Source of the DNA: Perna viridis
Lineage: Eukaryota
Reading direction: 5' to 3'
DNA length: 64,000 bases
Assembly: GCA_037379345.1 (NCBI GenBank)
Contig: CM074524.1
Location: forward strand, 13,322,885-13,386,884
Positions within the stretch are counted from its first letter, which is position 1, and every line of letters begins with the position of its first letter. Below are positions 13,042-51,241 of this stretch, one piece after another. The notes beneath the pieces are model-generated. The model made no database searches. It was not told the origin of the DNA and saw only the letters and a list, made by a program, of their open reading frames with translations. The translations under genes and the position numbers were made by a program.

Positions 13042-13679
13042 CAATATTTTGATGAATTAATAACTTTCTTTGTAAAATGCATTTTATTTTGATTAGACCA
13101 ACAATGTGACTCGTTTCCATTGCTGAAATCGCGCTTTTCAAGCTGGAGGTCTATATTGATCATACTGTCCGTCCTTCCGTGCACCCGTCCACTATTTTAA
13201 TCCGTAGCTCCTCTAAAGCCGCTGAATGGAATTGATGAAGCTTTCACCCATTTTTTATTTACCGGGTGGGGGTTCCAATCCTCATCTCCTCTTAAATTTT
13301 TGAATTTAATTTGATGAAACGTTAAAAAAATTTTCACATGATGTCATTGTGCCCTCCAATTTCATTTTTCCATCTGAATGACTTGTATGGCTACCTATGT
13401 GGTTTCTGGTGAGATCAGCAAGGGGTATCACCAAGTAAACTTTGCCCATAGTTATTCTAGTTGAAACATGGAATGTCTGTCGATCTCAGTTGTTATAACT
13501 AGACTTTTTGTATGTGTAAGTTTTTTCTCAATAGGAATCCAGGATTTCAGGTTAAGGGGGTGTAAATAGAATTAAAATTTTGGGTACAATTTGTGAAAAA
13601 TCAAGATTTTATGCACAAGAAAAATCTTCTCCAAATTTATGGGGCGTGGGCACGGCACACCCGTGCGTGTTTGCATCAG

Positions 13680-13809
13680 NNNNNNNNNNNNNNNNNNNNN
13701 NNNNNNNNNNNNNNNNNNNNNNNNNNNNNNNNNNNNNNNNNNNNNNNNNNNNNNNNNNNNNNNNNNNNNNNNNNNNNNNNNNNNNNNNNNNNNNNNNNNN
13801 NNNNNNNNN
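13680..13809. other. Assembly gap
   Basis: Run of 130 N. Confidence 1.
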
Positions 13810-14051
13810 AGAAATCGATGCAAGTTTTACGTGACATGTTTTTACTTTCTTCCAGGGATGACGTGTACACGATTATAGACTGGGAAAAGAGATACAACTC
13901 TTCATCTAAATATACAGACCAGCATTTTTATATGACTTAGTGATAATTTATTTACATTACGTATACATAACAAGAACAAAAAATCAACAACAAAAACGGA
14001 AACAAATAAATACCGCCAGGAGTTAGGACTTTGCTATCATTATGCAGTAGT

Positions 14052-14741
14052 TTAATACGGAGATACTGGTTGAATTGTCATATTGTCACTGTAGAGCTGT
14101 GGAACGAATATTGAGCCTGGGTAATCAATAACTGGGTAAGCGCCGTATGTCGTGGGTAAACCGAATCCTAGCAGGAATGGGTTGAACATTGGTTGTCCTA
14201 GAAACTGATGGTAAGTGCTGAAACCTGGTTCCTGTTCTGAGTTGATATTAAGAGCTGGTCGCTTCCCGACACCGACGAACTGTGACAAGTTTTTAACACC
14301 GCAACTTTTCAGTTTACGCTTTTCTTTCATTCTTCTGTTCTGGAACCACCATTTGATTTGAGTCTCTGTAAGTTTGAGTTTCTTAGCGAGAACTGGTCGA
14401 TCTTCAATCTGGAGATACTTGTTAATAGCATAGTAACCCTCGAGTTCTATCAGTTGTGAATTAGTGTAGTTTGTTCGATTTTTCTTCGAAGCATGGTCCA
14501 AGTCGTCGTCGGAGTTGCCCGGACTTGCCGAATCTCTGTGCTGTGTATCGCCTGATGTAGCATTGCTGTCATCGGATTCGTTAGTTCGCTTTCTCTTTTG
14601 CTGGCCATTTGTAATATCTAAGCTAAAAGTAGGTGTCACATACCCCGGGAAACTCACTGGTGGATATTCTGGAACATCACGTATGCTGCTTTTCGCGAGT
14701 TCTTCGATTGAGAAGGACATTCTAGATTTTGTATGCGCCAT
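14052..14741 (-). CDS. Intronless divergent ANTP-class (NKL, Vent-like) homeobox protein, copy A, 229 aa
   Basis: Homeodomain at 14310-14489 (SKKNRTNYTNSQLIELEGYYAINKYLQIEDRPVLAKKLKLTETQIKWWFQNRRMKEKRKL); N-terminal MSFSIEELAKSS motif; basic QKRKR; TATA box at 14817-14825; minus-strand AATAAA at 13947-13952. Confidence 0.93.
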   Translation of the reverse strand: MAHTKSRMSFSIEELAKSSIRDVPEYPPVSFPGYVTPTFSLDITNGQQKRKRTNESDDSNATSGDTQHRDSASPGNSDDDLDHASKKNRTNYTNSQLIELEGYYAINKYLQIEDRPVLAKKLKLTETQIKWWFQNRRMKEKRKLKSCGVKNLSQFVGVGKRPALNINSEQEPGFSTYHQFLGQPMFNPFLLGFGLPTTYGAYPVIDYPGSIFVPQLYSDNMTIQPVSPY

Positions 14742-14744
14742 TGT

Positions 14745-15000
14745 TCTCTTCCTGTTGTATTTATTGTTAAGACTTGAGTACTCAAACTGACAATGAGTAA
14801 CTTGAGCGGAGTCAAACTTTTTATACCAAACTTACTGATTATTGTTAACGAGAGGCGATCATGGTCGTAAAAACATTTCAACTTCCAGCTTGGTCATAAT
14901 CAGTAGTAATCATTACCTATCACTGCCACGGGCTTGGGTACTCACAGAATCTTTGCCACACTTCATTGGGCAATTATGACCAATGATAAGTGATTATTAC
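14745..15000 (-). promoter_or_regulatory. Proximal promoter/5'UTR of homeobox copy A
   Basis: TATAAAAAG at 14817-14825 (minus strand). The flanking sequence aligns block by block with 21100-21341 upstream of copy B. Confidence 0.8.
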
Positions 15001-16275
15001 CTGACTGGTAGTCTAATGATTAACTTAATTCTAAAAGGCCAAGCTAAGGAATGTCATACTAGATTAAAATATATTTTACTAAATAATTTGTTCATAATAT
15101 GTTTATTGTATACTTCGAGTTACATCGAAGGTGTATATTATATAATGACAAATTACAAATGATAATAAAAAAGATAATTATTGTTTTAAATGGAATATTT
15201 TAACCGATCCAGTTTCATTTATTTTTTTCTCCTGGTAACAACCCCTCATCATTGTGTATTACACAAACAACGGGGAAAAAAAATGCTTTAAGAATAAACA
15301 CCGAATAACCTAGAATCTGTAAAGGAAATAAATGTAAAGTCATGATAAATTGGATAGCCACACGACAACGCCACTGCGACGTGTAATTTATTATAACATA
15401 TAATACATAAAATATATATTCCAACCACATACAGTAAAACACATATAAAATTTAACCGAACCGATCAGTAGGACGACGTCGTCGTGCCGAATGAATAATA
15501 TAAACGAAAGCCCGCCAAAAATCTAAAATATTTTGAGCGGGAAAATATAAGAACGGGTAAAACGTAACAACCAACCCTACACAAATGATGCAAATACCCA
15601 GGAGAAATTAATCTCATTCTAATTCAATACTTCAACCGAATGAAATTATAATTATATTATTATCGAACGCTTGGCGTTACTTTAAAAAAAAAAAAAACAA
15701 TTGATATCAAAGTAAGCTCCTGTGTTTGTGGGTCCTTATTTCTCGGAAAACCCAATTTTTACATTGTGTTAAATAATATATGGGTTGAGATCGGGTTTTG
15801 GGTTTTGTAGGTTATAAGCATTAGTTCAATCAACTGTACAACAAAAGCCCTCTCGATTATAACAATTTATTGGTCACGTACAACATGGAAAGAGTGCAAT
15901 GTTAATTTTTCATAGTATGAGGGTTTCGTTTTGTTTTGTTTTTGCTGTTTTGTGTTGTCTTTGTCGCAGTTTGCTTGTTTGTTTTGTTGCTGTTTTGGTA
16001 TTCGAATAAGGAATGATAATTAACTTATGGAAACGGCCTATCCAAGTTGTATTGCCTTGGGGTATAACAAGAAAACAGATGATGATTATTGGGTAATATA
16101 TATTTTATTCAAATAAACAACAACAATAAACAATAAGATGATATCATCAATGCCAGTAGGCAAATTAAATGAAACCAATATCCGTATCATTGTACAAAGC
16201 ATTGAATGACTACATTGTATATTGAACAAATAAATAAAAAAGAAGACCCTCTTATATCTCAATAACAGTTAATCT

Positions 16276-19200
16276 TTAGTTGGGTATTTCTTTGTCTACT
16301 TTAACACATCTAAATAGCTGTCCAATTCTACCCATGAATCCAGACTTTTGGTTGCCGATACAACCATTTGAGGCAACAAGTTTTCGGGCGTTATCATCTC
16401 CGTCGTTGATATGTTCCATGTCTAAGCTTTCACCTCTATTCACTACAAAGATGAATTCAGTCAATTAATGTTATATATTTTCATCTAAGAGTGAGTACAT
16501 GATTGTACACGTGTGGATCCAAAACAGTTTAGTGTCAGCAGTTGGAATCACCCTTTGTTTTAAAATTTCGTTTATTTGGGGGGGGGGGCAATAATATTCC
16601 AAAAAAACAAAATTAATTTTTTATAGGACACCTTACAAAATTCTTGAATCGGTTTTAGCTATTGGATATTCAACTGGGTCTACGACGCCCAAAATTGCAA
16701 CAGAGATTAAATCGGTCAGATTGTTTTGAAACGTAATATGCTATCAAGTTTTTATCCCACCTTTTCCACGTTTGACCATTTTCTTCTTTTGCATGTTTCT
16801 CTCTTTCATCTTCTGTTCTTTCTTTTCTTTTTTGAGTACTTTCTGCAGTTCTTTCTTTTCCCTTCTTTCTTCCTTTTCTGCGTCTTTCATCTGTTGTGTC
16901 CATGCTTTTCCGTTTATTTTATTCCTTTCTCTATATTTCTCTTCTACCATCTTTATATATGCTTTTACCGTTTTCTCTTGATATTTTCTCAATTGCGTTT
17001 CTTCTTTTCTTCTTGCCTTTCTCAGTATCTTTAATTCATTTTTTTTTCTTTTGCTAACTCCCTGAAAATGTGAAAACATGCTTAAAAGACGGTCGTTCAA
17101 GTTTTCGGTACAAAGCATTTTTAAAAGAAGACATTTCAATAATTTTGCATTTTTTGCTGAGAGAAGATGTACAAATACAGGAGGGAGGAATGGAGGGAAA
17201 TCTGTTTTAAAACACAAAAATCCTCGCTAAATAATTACAGTGAATCTTTTCTAAACTGAACCCTTAACAAAGCGAAAACCTTTTTTAAACTAGACACTTA
17301 ATAAGTACTTTTATATCAATTTAAATGTATTTTGCATCTGGATAAATCGAACACTTAATAAAACCGGACAAATATGCCAGTCCAAAAATGGTTCGGTGTA
17401 CGGAGGTTTCACTGTACCGGTACTTATAATAAATCTTCCGAGTCGAGGTATAATTAGGCAGGAATTGTCTCGCATGTTATTGGTTCAATGTAGGCACATG
17501 GCAATGATGTTTATGTTTTGGGACCAACCTTTTGCGATAGGGAGGCGGACTCAAGCACCACATTGCTGTTGAGTTCGGTCTTAGTTGTGTCTAAGATTGA
17601 AGACCTTGCTGCAATTTGTACTAGCTCGAGATTTACTTTCGACACTCTGTATACCGCTTTTCCTATAGCGTCCAAACAAATCAGTTTCGCTCTTTGGTGC
17701 AATATCTCCTCGGAATCGTAACAGTCAATCTGAGGGAGTAGGATAATTTAAAAATATGAACGATAAGAATGTAATTTCAAGATAAAACAAATATAAACAA
17801 GCAACCGGTATCAGAAAATCGACAGTAAATTTAGGTATAAAGCAAAGAAAGCCAGGACCGAAACAAGAAACCGACAAGAAACAAATAAGATTAGCAGTTC
17901 GAACTACATTAAAATTGAATAGATGGGTGGATAAGGGGGATATATCATCATTCTCTGTACCTACTGGGAATTGTTCATGACAAAAGACTTCACGATGTTA
18001 TTGATGTAAGTGTAAAATTATTTGACAAAAAAAATGAACAATAGAAACAAAAACAAAAAAACAAACAAACAAACAAACACACAAGTCAACATTTCATAAC
18101 TTCATTATCATTCTTTAAATTCAGTAAACATAAAGCAAAAGTAAAGAAACGGGTATCAATAAATTCCAAAACGAAATTGGAATGTTATAGAATGGAACGA
18201 AACAAATAGAAACAATGAGTTTTACCAACCTGTGTGGTTTGGTCGTCATATGTTACTTTGGCTTTCGGAGGCGTGTCATGTATTACGACATCACCATCCC
18301 TTCTTCCTTTGTATTGAATTTGGTCTGAAAAAAAAATAATTTAGATATTCCACGATGAAGTATTTAACACCAAAACTGAAACATTAAAACTGTCTTTAGA
18401 ATAGGTAGTGAATGTACATTATCATATCAAGTTTGTTATTTATTCAAAATAATGCATAAGTGAAATAAACCGTTGCAGTAAACACAAAAAAAAATAATTA
18501 AAATGTGTGTATATAAAAGTATATCCTAAATAGTAATTAATGTGAGGATAAAGAGACGTTTTCATACCCAATTTGTAGTCTGTGTTATTGTTCGTTGGTC
18601 TCTGCACAGTAGCCTTCTCATCCTCTAATTCCACTTTGTGGGTAGCGACAATGATAATATCCTGGCACAATTGTTTAACTGCGTCATTGATCGTTTCATC
18701 ACTTTCCAATCCGAGAACCTAAAATGCATGGAAGAGCACGAATTAAGTCCTAAGAAACCCATGTAAAGACTTCCTAACATGTTTGTTGTTTTAGATTCGA
18801 CAATATTCCTAGATTTCGGATATATTCTGAGTTTGGCTTAGGCGGATATAATACTTATTCCGGTATTCTGAAAGTCAGTCGTTACAAAAGGGCACCCGTA
18901 TATGCATGTAATGTATGTGTTAAATTTTAATTCAACATTAGTAAAATTTCTAATCATAAGAATTCAAAATTCGTACAAACCTTGTGCGTTAACTGTGTGC
19001 TTGGTAATTCAACTTTTGTTTCTCTTCCTTTCTCTGCAAGACAGAAATAAGAAATTAAAATAAAAATTAATAATAAATGTAAAAAATAAACCAAGAAGAA
19101 AAAAACCTGAATTTTTATCGAAATTTAAAAAAATGGATTTTGCAAAGTTTATTTGTTTGCAATTATAACCTATCTTTCCGGGATAAGAAATGCATGCAGT

Positions 19201-20202
19201 AAAATGTGAAAAATTGTCATTTAACGTTTTCTACTTACATGTCTATTACGATTCTTGAATAATGGGCTTAAAAGTGCGAAAGTCAATAAGCTAGTCAGTC
19301 TTGAATTCTCAAATTTACCCAGAGTAATCAAGGGAACCAAGATTCTAGCGGAAATCAAAAGAACGTAATCCAGGGACAGAGACCAGACATATAACAGACA
19401 CACGCACAACAAAGAACACAAAATAACCAAAATGATATATACAAAATAAAAAAAGAAAATGATCAACTCGTGGTCCACTATAAACTTGGAGCATGGACCG
19501 GGTGCACCGATAGGGTAAGTGGAGCAAAAAGACGGACGATAGTGCTCATTCAGATCTTCGGTCCTGATGACCTGATTTAGAATATGACTATTTACACCGA
19601 TTTCCCCAATCGGTTTGGTTGAACATGCTATATATAGACAGTATTAATTCAAACTTTAACCACTGGTGTAGGGCAGGGAATGAACAAAAGAGTTCATCTG
19701 AATAGGCCAATATCGCAATCTAAACAATAACAAATTCTTATATTCCAAAACAATATATTGAAGCTTAGAAATTAGTTCAAAGTTTGGCTTGCTGTCTGTC
19801 ATCGTTCTGTAACCATGGATTTATTACTCTAGTTTCTTCAGGCTTCCAGAGCTGGGGAAGACCTTATGGTGAACTCCGTTTCACCATATCCACTATTTTT
19901 TTGTTGTTATTTTTTGTTTTTTGTTTGTTTTTGTCTTTTTTTCACTGGAATAATATTCAAGTAAAGGCCGATGTACATGTGCATAAGAATTGTACTATGA
20001 ATACATGCATCAAATGACATGGTTTTAACTTGTTACACTTCGTACCCTTTCTGTCAACCTTTCCTTGCTTTTCAAATCTGGCTTCCAACATGGCTTCTCT
20101 GGATAGCTGCCATGCATCTAATGAGCAGTTGAACTCATCGGCAAATAGAGGACCTCTTCTTATGACCATGAAACTCTTTGTTTGTCGTCCTTTTCGCGCC
20201 AT
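16276..20202 (-). CDS. Orphan 374-aa protein, 7 coding exons, with two AKAP-like amphipathic helices and a Lys/Glu-rich coiled coil
   Basis: Coding exons 20202-20046, 19033-18981, 18718-18568, 18324-18230, 17729-17529, 17061-16761, 16442-16276. All introns are GT-AG with matching phases (1,0,1,0,0,1) and there is no internal stop. This joins five separate ORF-track fragments. 5'UTR intron 20430-20211 (GTAAGT..TAG); AATAAA at 16104-16109. Read-through of exon 6 to the stop at 16744 is a possible alternative end. Confidence 0.8.
19321..19527 (-). repeat. Interspersed repeat family E
   Basis: Homologous to 10296-10510; lies in an intron of the orphan gene. Confidence 0.7.
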
Positions 20203-20562
20203 ACTTTAATCTATTTAAAAAAGGTTTTAGAAACGCATCATATTTTATATTTTGAATAAAAATTGCTATTAGCTTCCTTTAGGTGATATATTATCATGCT
20301 TAAAAGTTCTGTTCATATAATATGTTTTATAAATTTATAGAAGTTTTGTTTTTAGGCAACGCTAATAAATACCAAGGTTTCTTGGAGAAAATGGCACTTA
20401 ACAATAAACTTTTTTTTTTATTAAACTTACGATTTCCGATTTCTTTCCAAATCAAAATCCAAACTTAGAAAGGCTTGTTATCTGTAGTGTTGAAAATCGA
20501 TGAAAGTTTTTCCCGAAGAAAAACACGTCTGTCTGCTCCGTCCGAAAGCAAAAGACAGTAAC

Positions 20563-20626
20563 GTTGCCCGTAGTAACTCTGTGACGTTAAAATGTGTACT
20601 ACGTCTGACGGTCCGAATTTACGTAG
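20563..20626 (-). promoter_or_regulatory. RFX X-box plus CRE-like sites upstream of the orphan gene
   Basis: GTTGCCCGTAGTAAC (20563-20577) fits GTNRCC-N0-3-RGYAAC. GTGACGTT (20581-20588), TGACG and TTACGTAG lie next to it in a CpG-rich patch just upstream of the non-coding first exon. Confidence 0.55.
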
Positions 20627-21099
20627 CATAGATACACAAAGTTTACCCTGTCGTAAAAAGCATGATAAATAATTTTTTTTTCTTTTACACTATCTAAATA
20701 ATCTTCCAAAAAATTGTCAGATTCAAAAATATACAAAATCAAGCTGCATAACTATAGTTTTTGTGGGTTTAATATGAAACAATTACTAAATTTTCTGCAA
20801 AATTAACGAACATTCTCACATATGCAGTTTTATCCTCTTTTATTTAAACAAAGTTTATCATAAATACAATAAAAGTACTATTTAAAGATACGAACAATTT
20901 ATATTTGATTTTTATTTTATTTTATTGTCAGAGGGAAAAGTCCGATTCCTATAGTCACCAAATCGAAAAAAATATAAGTTTGTTTTTTCTTTTTGTTCTC
21001 CAATTACCCATGTCAAACAGCAATCATGACAGAATAAATCACTAATAATAATAATAATCATTCATATAGAGTACCCAAGCCAATAAATAAGACCAGTAA

Positions 21100-21341
21100 T
21101 AATTGGTCATAATTGTTTAAAAGTGAGTGACAAGGGTCAACAGAGAACCCAAGCTGGTGGCAGTGATGGGTAATGATTACTATTGATTAATTGCAAGCTT
21201 TGAGTTGAAGTGTTTTGATAATGGTGATTGTCTCTTGTTAACATTAATCAAAAGGTTTCATATAAAAAGTGCGACTTAACTCAAGTTACTCATTGTCAAA
21301 TTCACTACTCAAGTTACAACAATAAATACGAAAAGAAAACA
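21100..21341 (+). promoter_or_regulatory. Proximal promoter/5'UTR of homeobox copy B
   Basis: TATAAAAAG at 21261-21269. Blocks ATTGGTCATAATTG, ACCCAAGC..GTGGCAGTGAT.GGTAATGATTACTA.TGATTA and CTCAAGTTACTCATTGTCA are shared with copy A. Confidence 0.8.
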
Positions 21342-22040
21342 ATGGCGAATACAAAACCAGTATCGAGAATGTCCTTCTCCATCGAAGAGCTTGCAAAAAG
21401 CAGCAGATGTGATACAACAGAATACTCACTGCAAAGTTTCCAAAATGATGTACTTATCAAACCTAATGTTTACCCCTTCGAAATCAACAACGACCAGCGT
21501 AAAAGAAAGCGATCATACGAATCCGACGACAGTGGTGCGGCATCAATTGACACACATCACAGAGATTCAGCAAGTCCAGGAAACTCCGATGATGATTCTG
21601 ACCATGCGGCAAAGAAAAGTCGAACAAACTTTACCAACTCACAACTGATAGAACTAGAAAGTTACTACAGAATCAACAAATATCTCCAGATTGAAGATCG
21701 ACCAGTTCTCGCTAAAAAACTGAAACTCACTGAAACTCAGATCAAATGGTGGTTCCAGAACAGAAGAATGAAAGAAAAACGAAAACTGAAAAGCTGCGGA
21801 GTTGAAGACTTGTCACAGTTCGTCGGTGTCGGGAAGCGACCAGCTCTCAATATCAACACTGACTCAGAGCTTAGCTGCAACAGTTACCAGCAGTTTCCAG
21901 GACAACCAATGTTCAACCCATTCCTGCTAGGATATGGTTCACCCGCTCTGTACAGTGCTTATTCAGGTTCAGACTATTTCAGTTCATTCCCTCGGTTCGG
22001 TAGTGACAATTTTACGACTAAACCTGTGTCTCCATATTAA
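21342..22040 (+). CDS. Intronless divergent ANTP-class (NKL, Vent-like) homeobox protein, copy B, 232 aa
   Basis: ATG at 21342 (ACAATGG) aligns with the copy A start. Homeodomain at 21609-21788 (AKKSRTNFTNSQLIELESYYRINKYLQIEDRPVLAKKLKLTETQIKWWFQNRRMKEKRKL). Same MSFSIEELAKSS motif and PVSPY C-terminus as copy A; AATAAA near 22136. Confidence 0.93.
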   Translation: MANTKPVSRMSFSIEELAKSSRCDTTEYSLQSFQNDVLIKPNVYPFEINNDQRKRKRSYESDDSGAASIDTHHRDSASPGNSDDDSDHAAKKSRTNFTNSQLIELESYYRINKYLQIEDRPVLAKKLKLTETQIKWWFQNRRMKEKRKLKSCGVEDLSQFVGVGKRPALNINTDSELSCNSYQQFPGQPMFNPFLLGYGSPALYSAYSGSDYFSSFPRFGSDNFTTKPVSPY

Positions 22041-22758
22041 AACTTATGTGCCTAAAAAGACAGTAGAGTTCTATAACATACTATGGTATTTATTTGTTAC
22101 GTTTGTTTATGTTATTGTTAATTGTAAATAATGCAAATAAAATGCTGAAAACTTAATCTTTCTCTGATATAGGAGGTAAAGTTCTGTTTACTGGACAATC
22201 CTGCATGGTAACTTGATGCGCGCATGTAATTATGTTATTTTTCAAAATCACTTTATGAGTTAATGAAGGTAGACGTTCATGGTGCTTAAGCCGAAATGAC
22301 CATAAAATGTTTAGGGTAGGCACACACAAATCTAGATTAGGTAGGGTAGCAGGAAAACAGACATTTTTTTTGCCTTATTTTAGTTTATTCAAAAAATGCC
22401 ATTGTTAAACAAAACGTGCTTAGTGTCAATAGAGCTAGGGTATAATATAAAGTCTCCTGTGACAACAAAGAGGAAAAATATATAAGAGTTCCCAACACAT
22501 CTGTTAACATGTAAAAAGTTTTATGATATTACTCGGGTGATTGGCTATTTTAGTCTAGTTCTACTAAATAAATGTTCCTGGCCATAATAAAAGACATTCG
22601 ATAACAAACCTCAACAACAACATATCAATTATAAATTTGATATAAAAAAAACAAAACAAAACAAACAATAAAAAAAAACAAAAACAAAAAAACAAAAAAA
22701 AAACTTACTGATAATTCATTGAAGGTCGGGATCAACTGTCTTAATTTAATACTACCCA

Positions 22759-22767
22759 ACCGGAAGT
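22759..22767 (+). promoter_or_regulatory. ETS-family site in PRPF6 promoter
   Basis: ACCGGAAGT about 30 bp upstream of the ATG, typical of TATA-less housekeeping promoters. Confidence 0.55.
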
Positions 22768-22794
22768 AGAAAGGGAAACGACCAAAACACGAAG

Positions 22795-50590
<27,796 letters not shown>

Positions 50591-51124
50591 TGGACTTTTT
50601 ACATTCATCATTTTTTACAAAATCATGTCATACATGTTATAATGTGTTAAATTAAACAGGGGTACAAGTTAAAGAAAATCTTAATTGTAGGACTGGAACT
50701 TGTTTCACCACTTATCTATTTTGCAGGTGTAAAATAATTCAAAGTGGAACTTGAAATTTCAACAAAATTTTAACCCATTGAAATCTAGTGCTGTAGTAGG
50801 GTCATTTATAACTTGCTAACTGATGTTTTATTGTTTTTTTTATTGTTTTTTTTGTTTTGGCCATTTTAATTGCAGTGCTGCAGTAGAACTTGAAGTGACG
50901 AAGGAATTACTTTTAACTTGGGATAAATTTCATCCTATGTAAATGACGAAGGACTTTTTTGTTCTACCATTGCCATACTTCTATAAATCTAAAAACTTTT
51001 ATAGAACTTATTTTCTGTCATACTGTTTTTGTATATTAGCAGTATCATCTCATTATTTTTATGATATAGAGTGAGTGAAAGTAGAAAATATGTTCTTGTG
51101 AGGAAATTGTTTTATGAATGATAA

Positions 51125-51241
51125 TACACAAGTAAAATGGTACCTGTCTGTACCAAAGTGGACTTTAAAACTTGTTCTGATTACACAAGTAAAGTGATAC
51201 CTGTCTGTACCAAAGTGGACTTTAAAACTTGTTCTGATTAC
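51125..51241. repeat. About 57-bp tandem duplication
   Basis: TACACAAGTAAA.TG.TACCTGTCTGTACCAAAGTGGACTTTAAAACTTGTTCTGAT x 2. Confidence 0.85.

Noticed and set aside
13572-13940. ORFs spanning N runs (also 58897-59231)
   Set aside because: Artefacts of assembly gaps.
14515-14790. Antisense/alternate-frame ORFs over the homeobox genes (also 21391-21648) and over the TRIM (44049-44333, 44824-45090)
   Set aside because: Shadows of real coding sequence, with no independent signals.
19780-19893. Coding-looking stretch in intron 2 of the orphan gene (GLPQLWKPEETRVINPW..)
   Set aside because: Bounded by stops, with no convincing splice sites. The gene splices in frame without it.
21228-21341. 38-aa N-terminal extension of homeobox B in the ORF track
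   Set aside because: It starts at TTG and spans the TATA box. The ATG at 21342 aligns with the copy A start.
14052-22040. Hox, Evx or Nanog identity for the homeobox pair
   Set aside because: No YPWM hexapeptide, no Evx-type ENYVSRPRRC, no Nanog QNQRMK. Helix 2 and the eh1-like motif are NKL-like, so no gene symbol is given.
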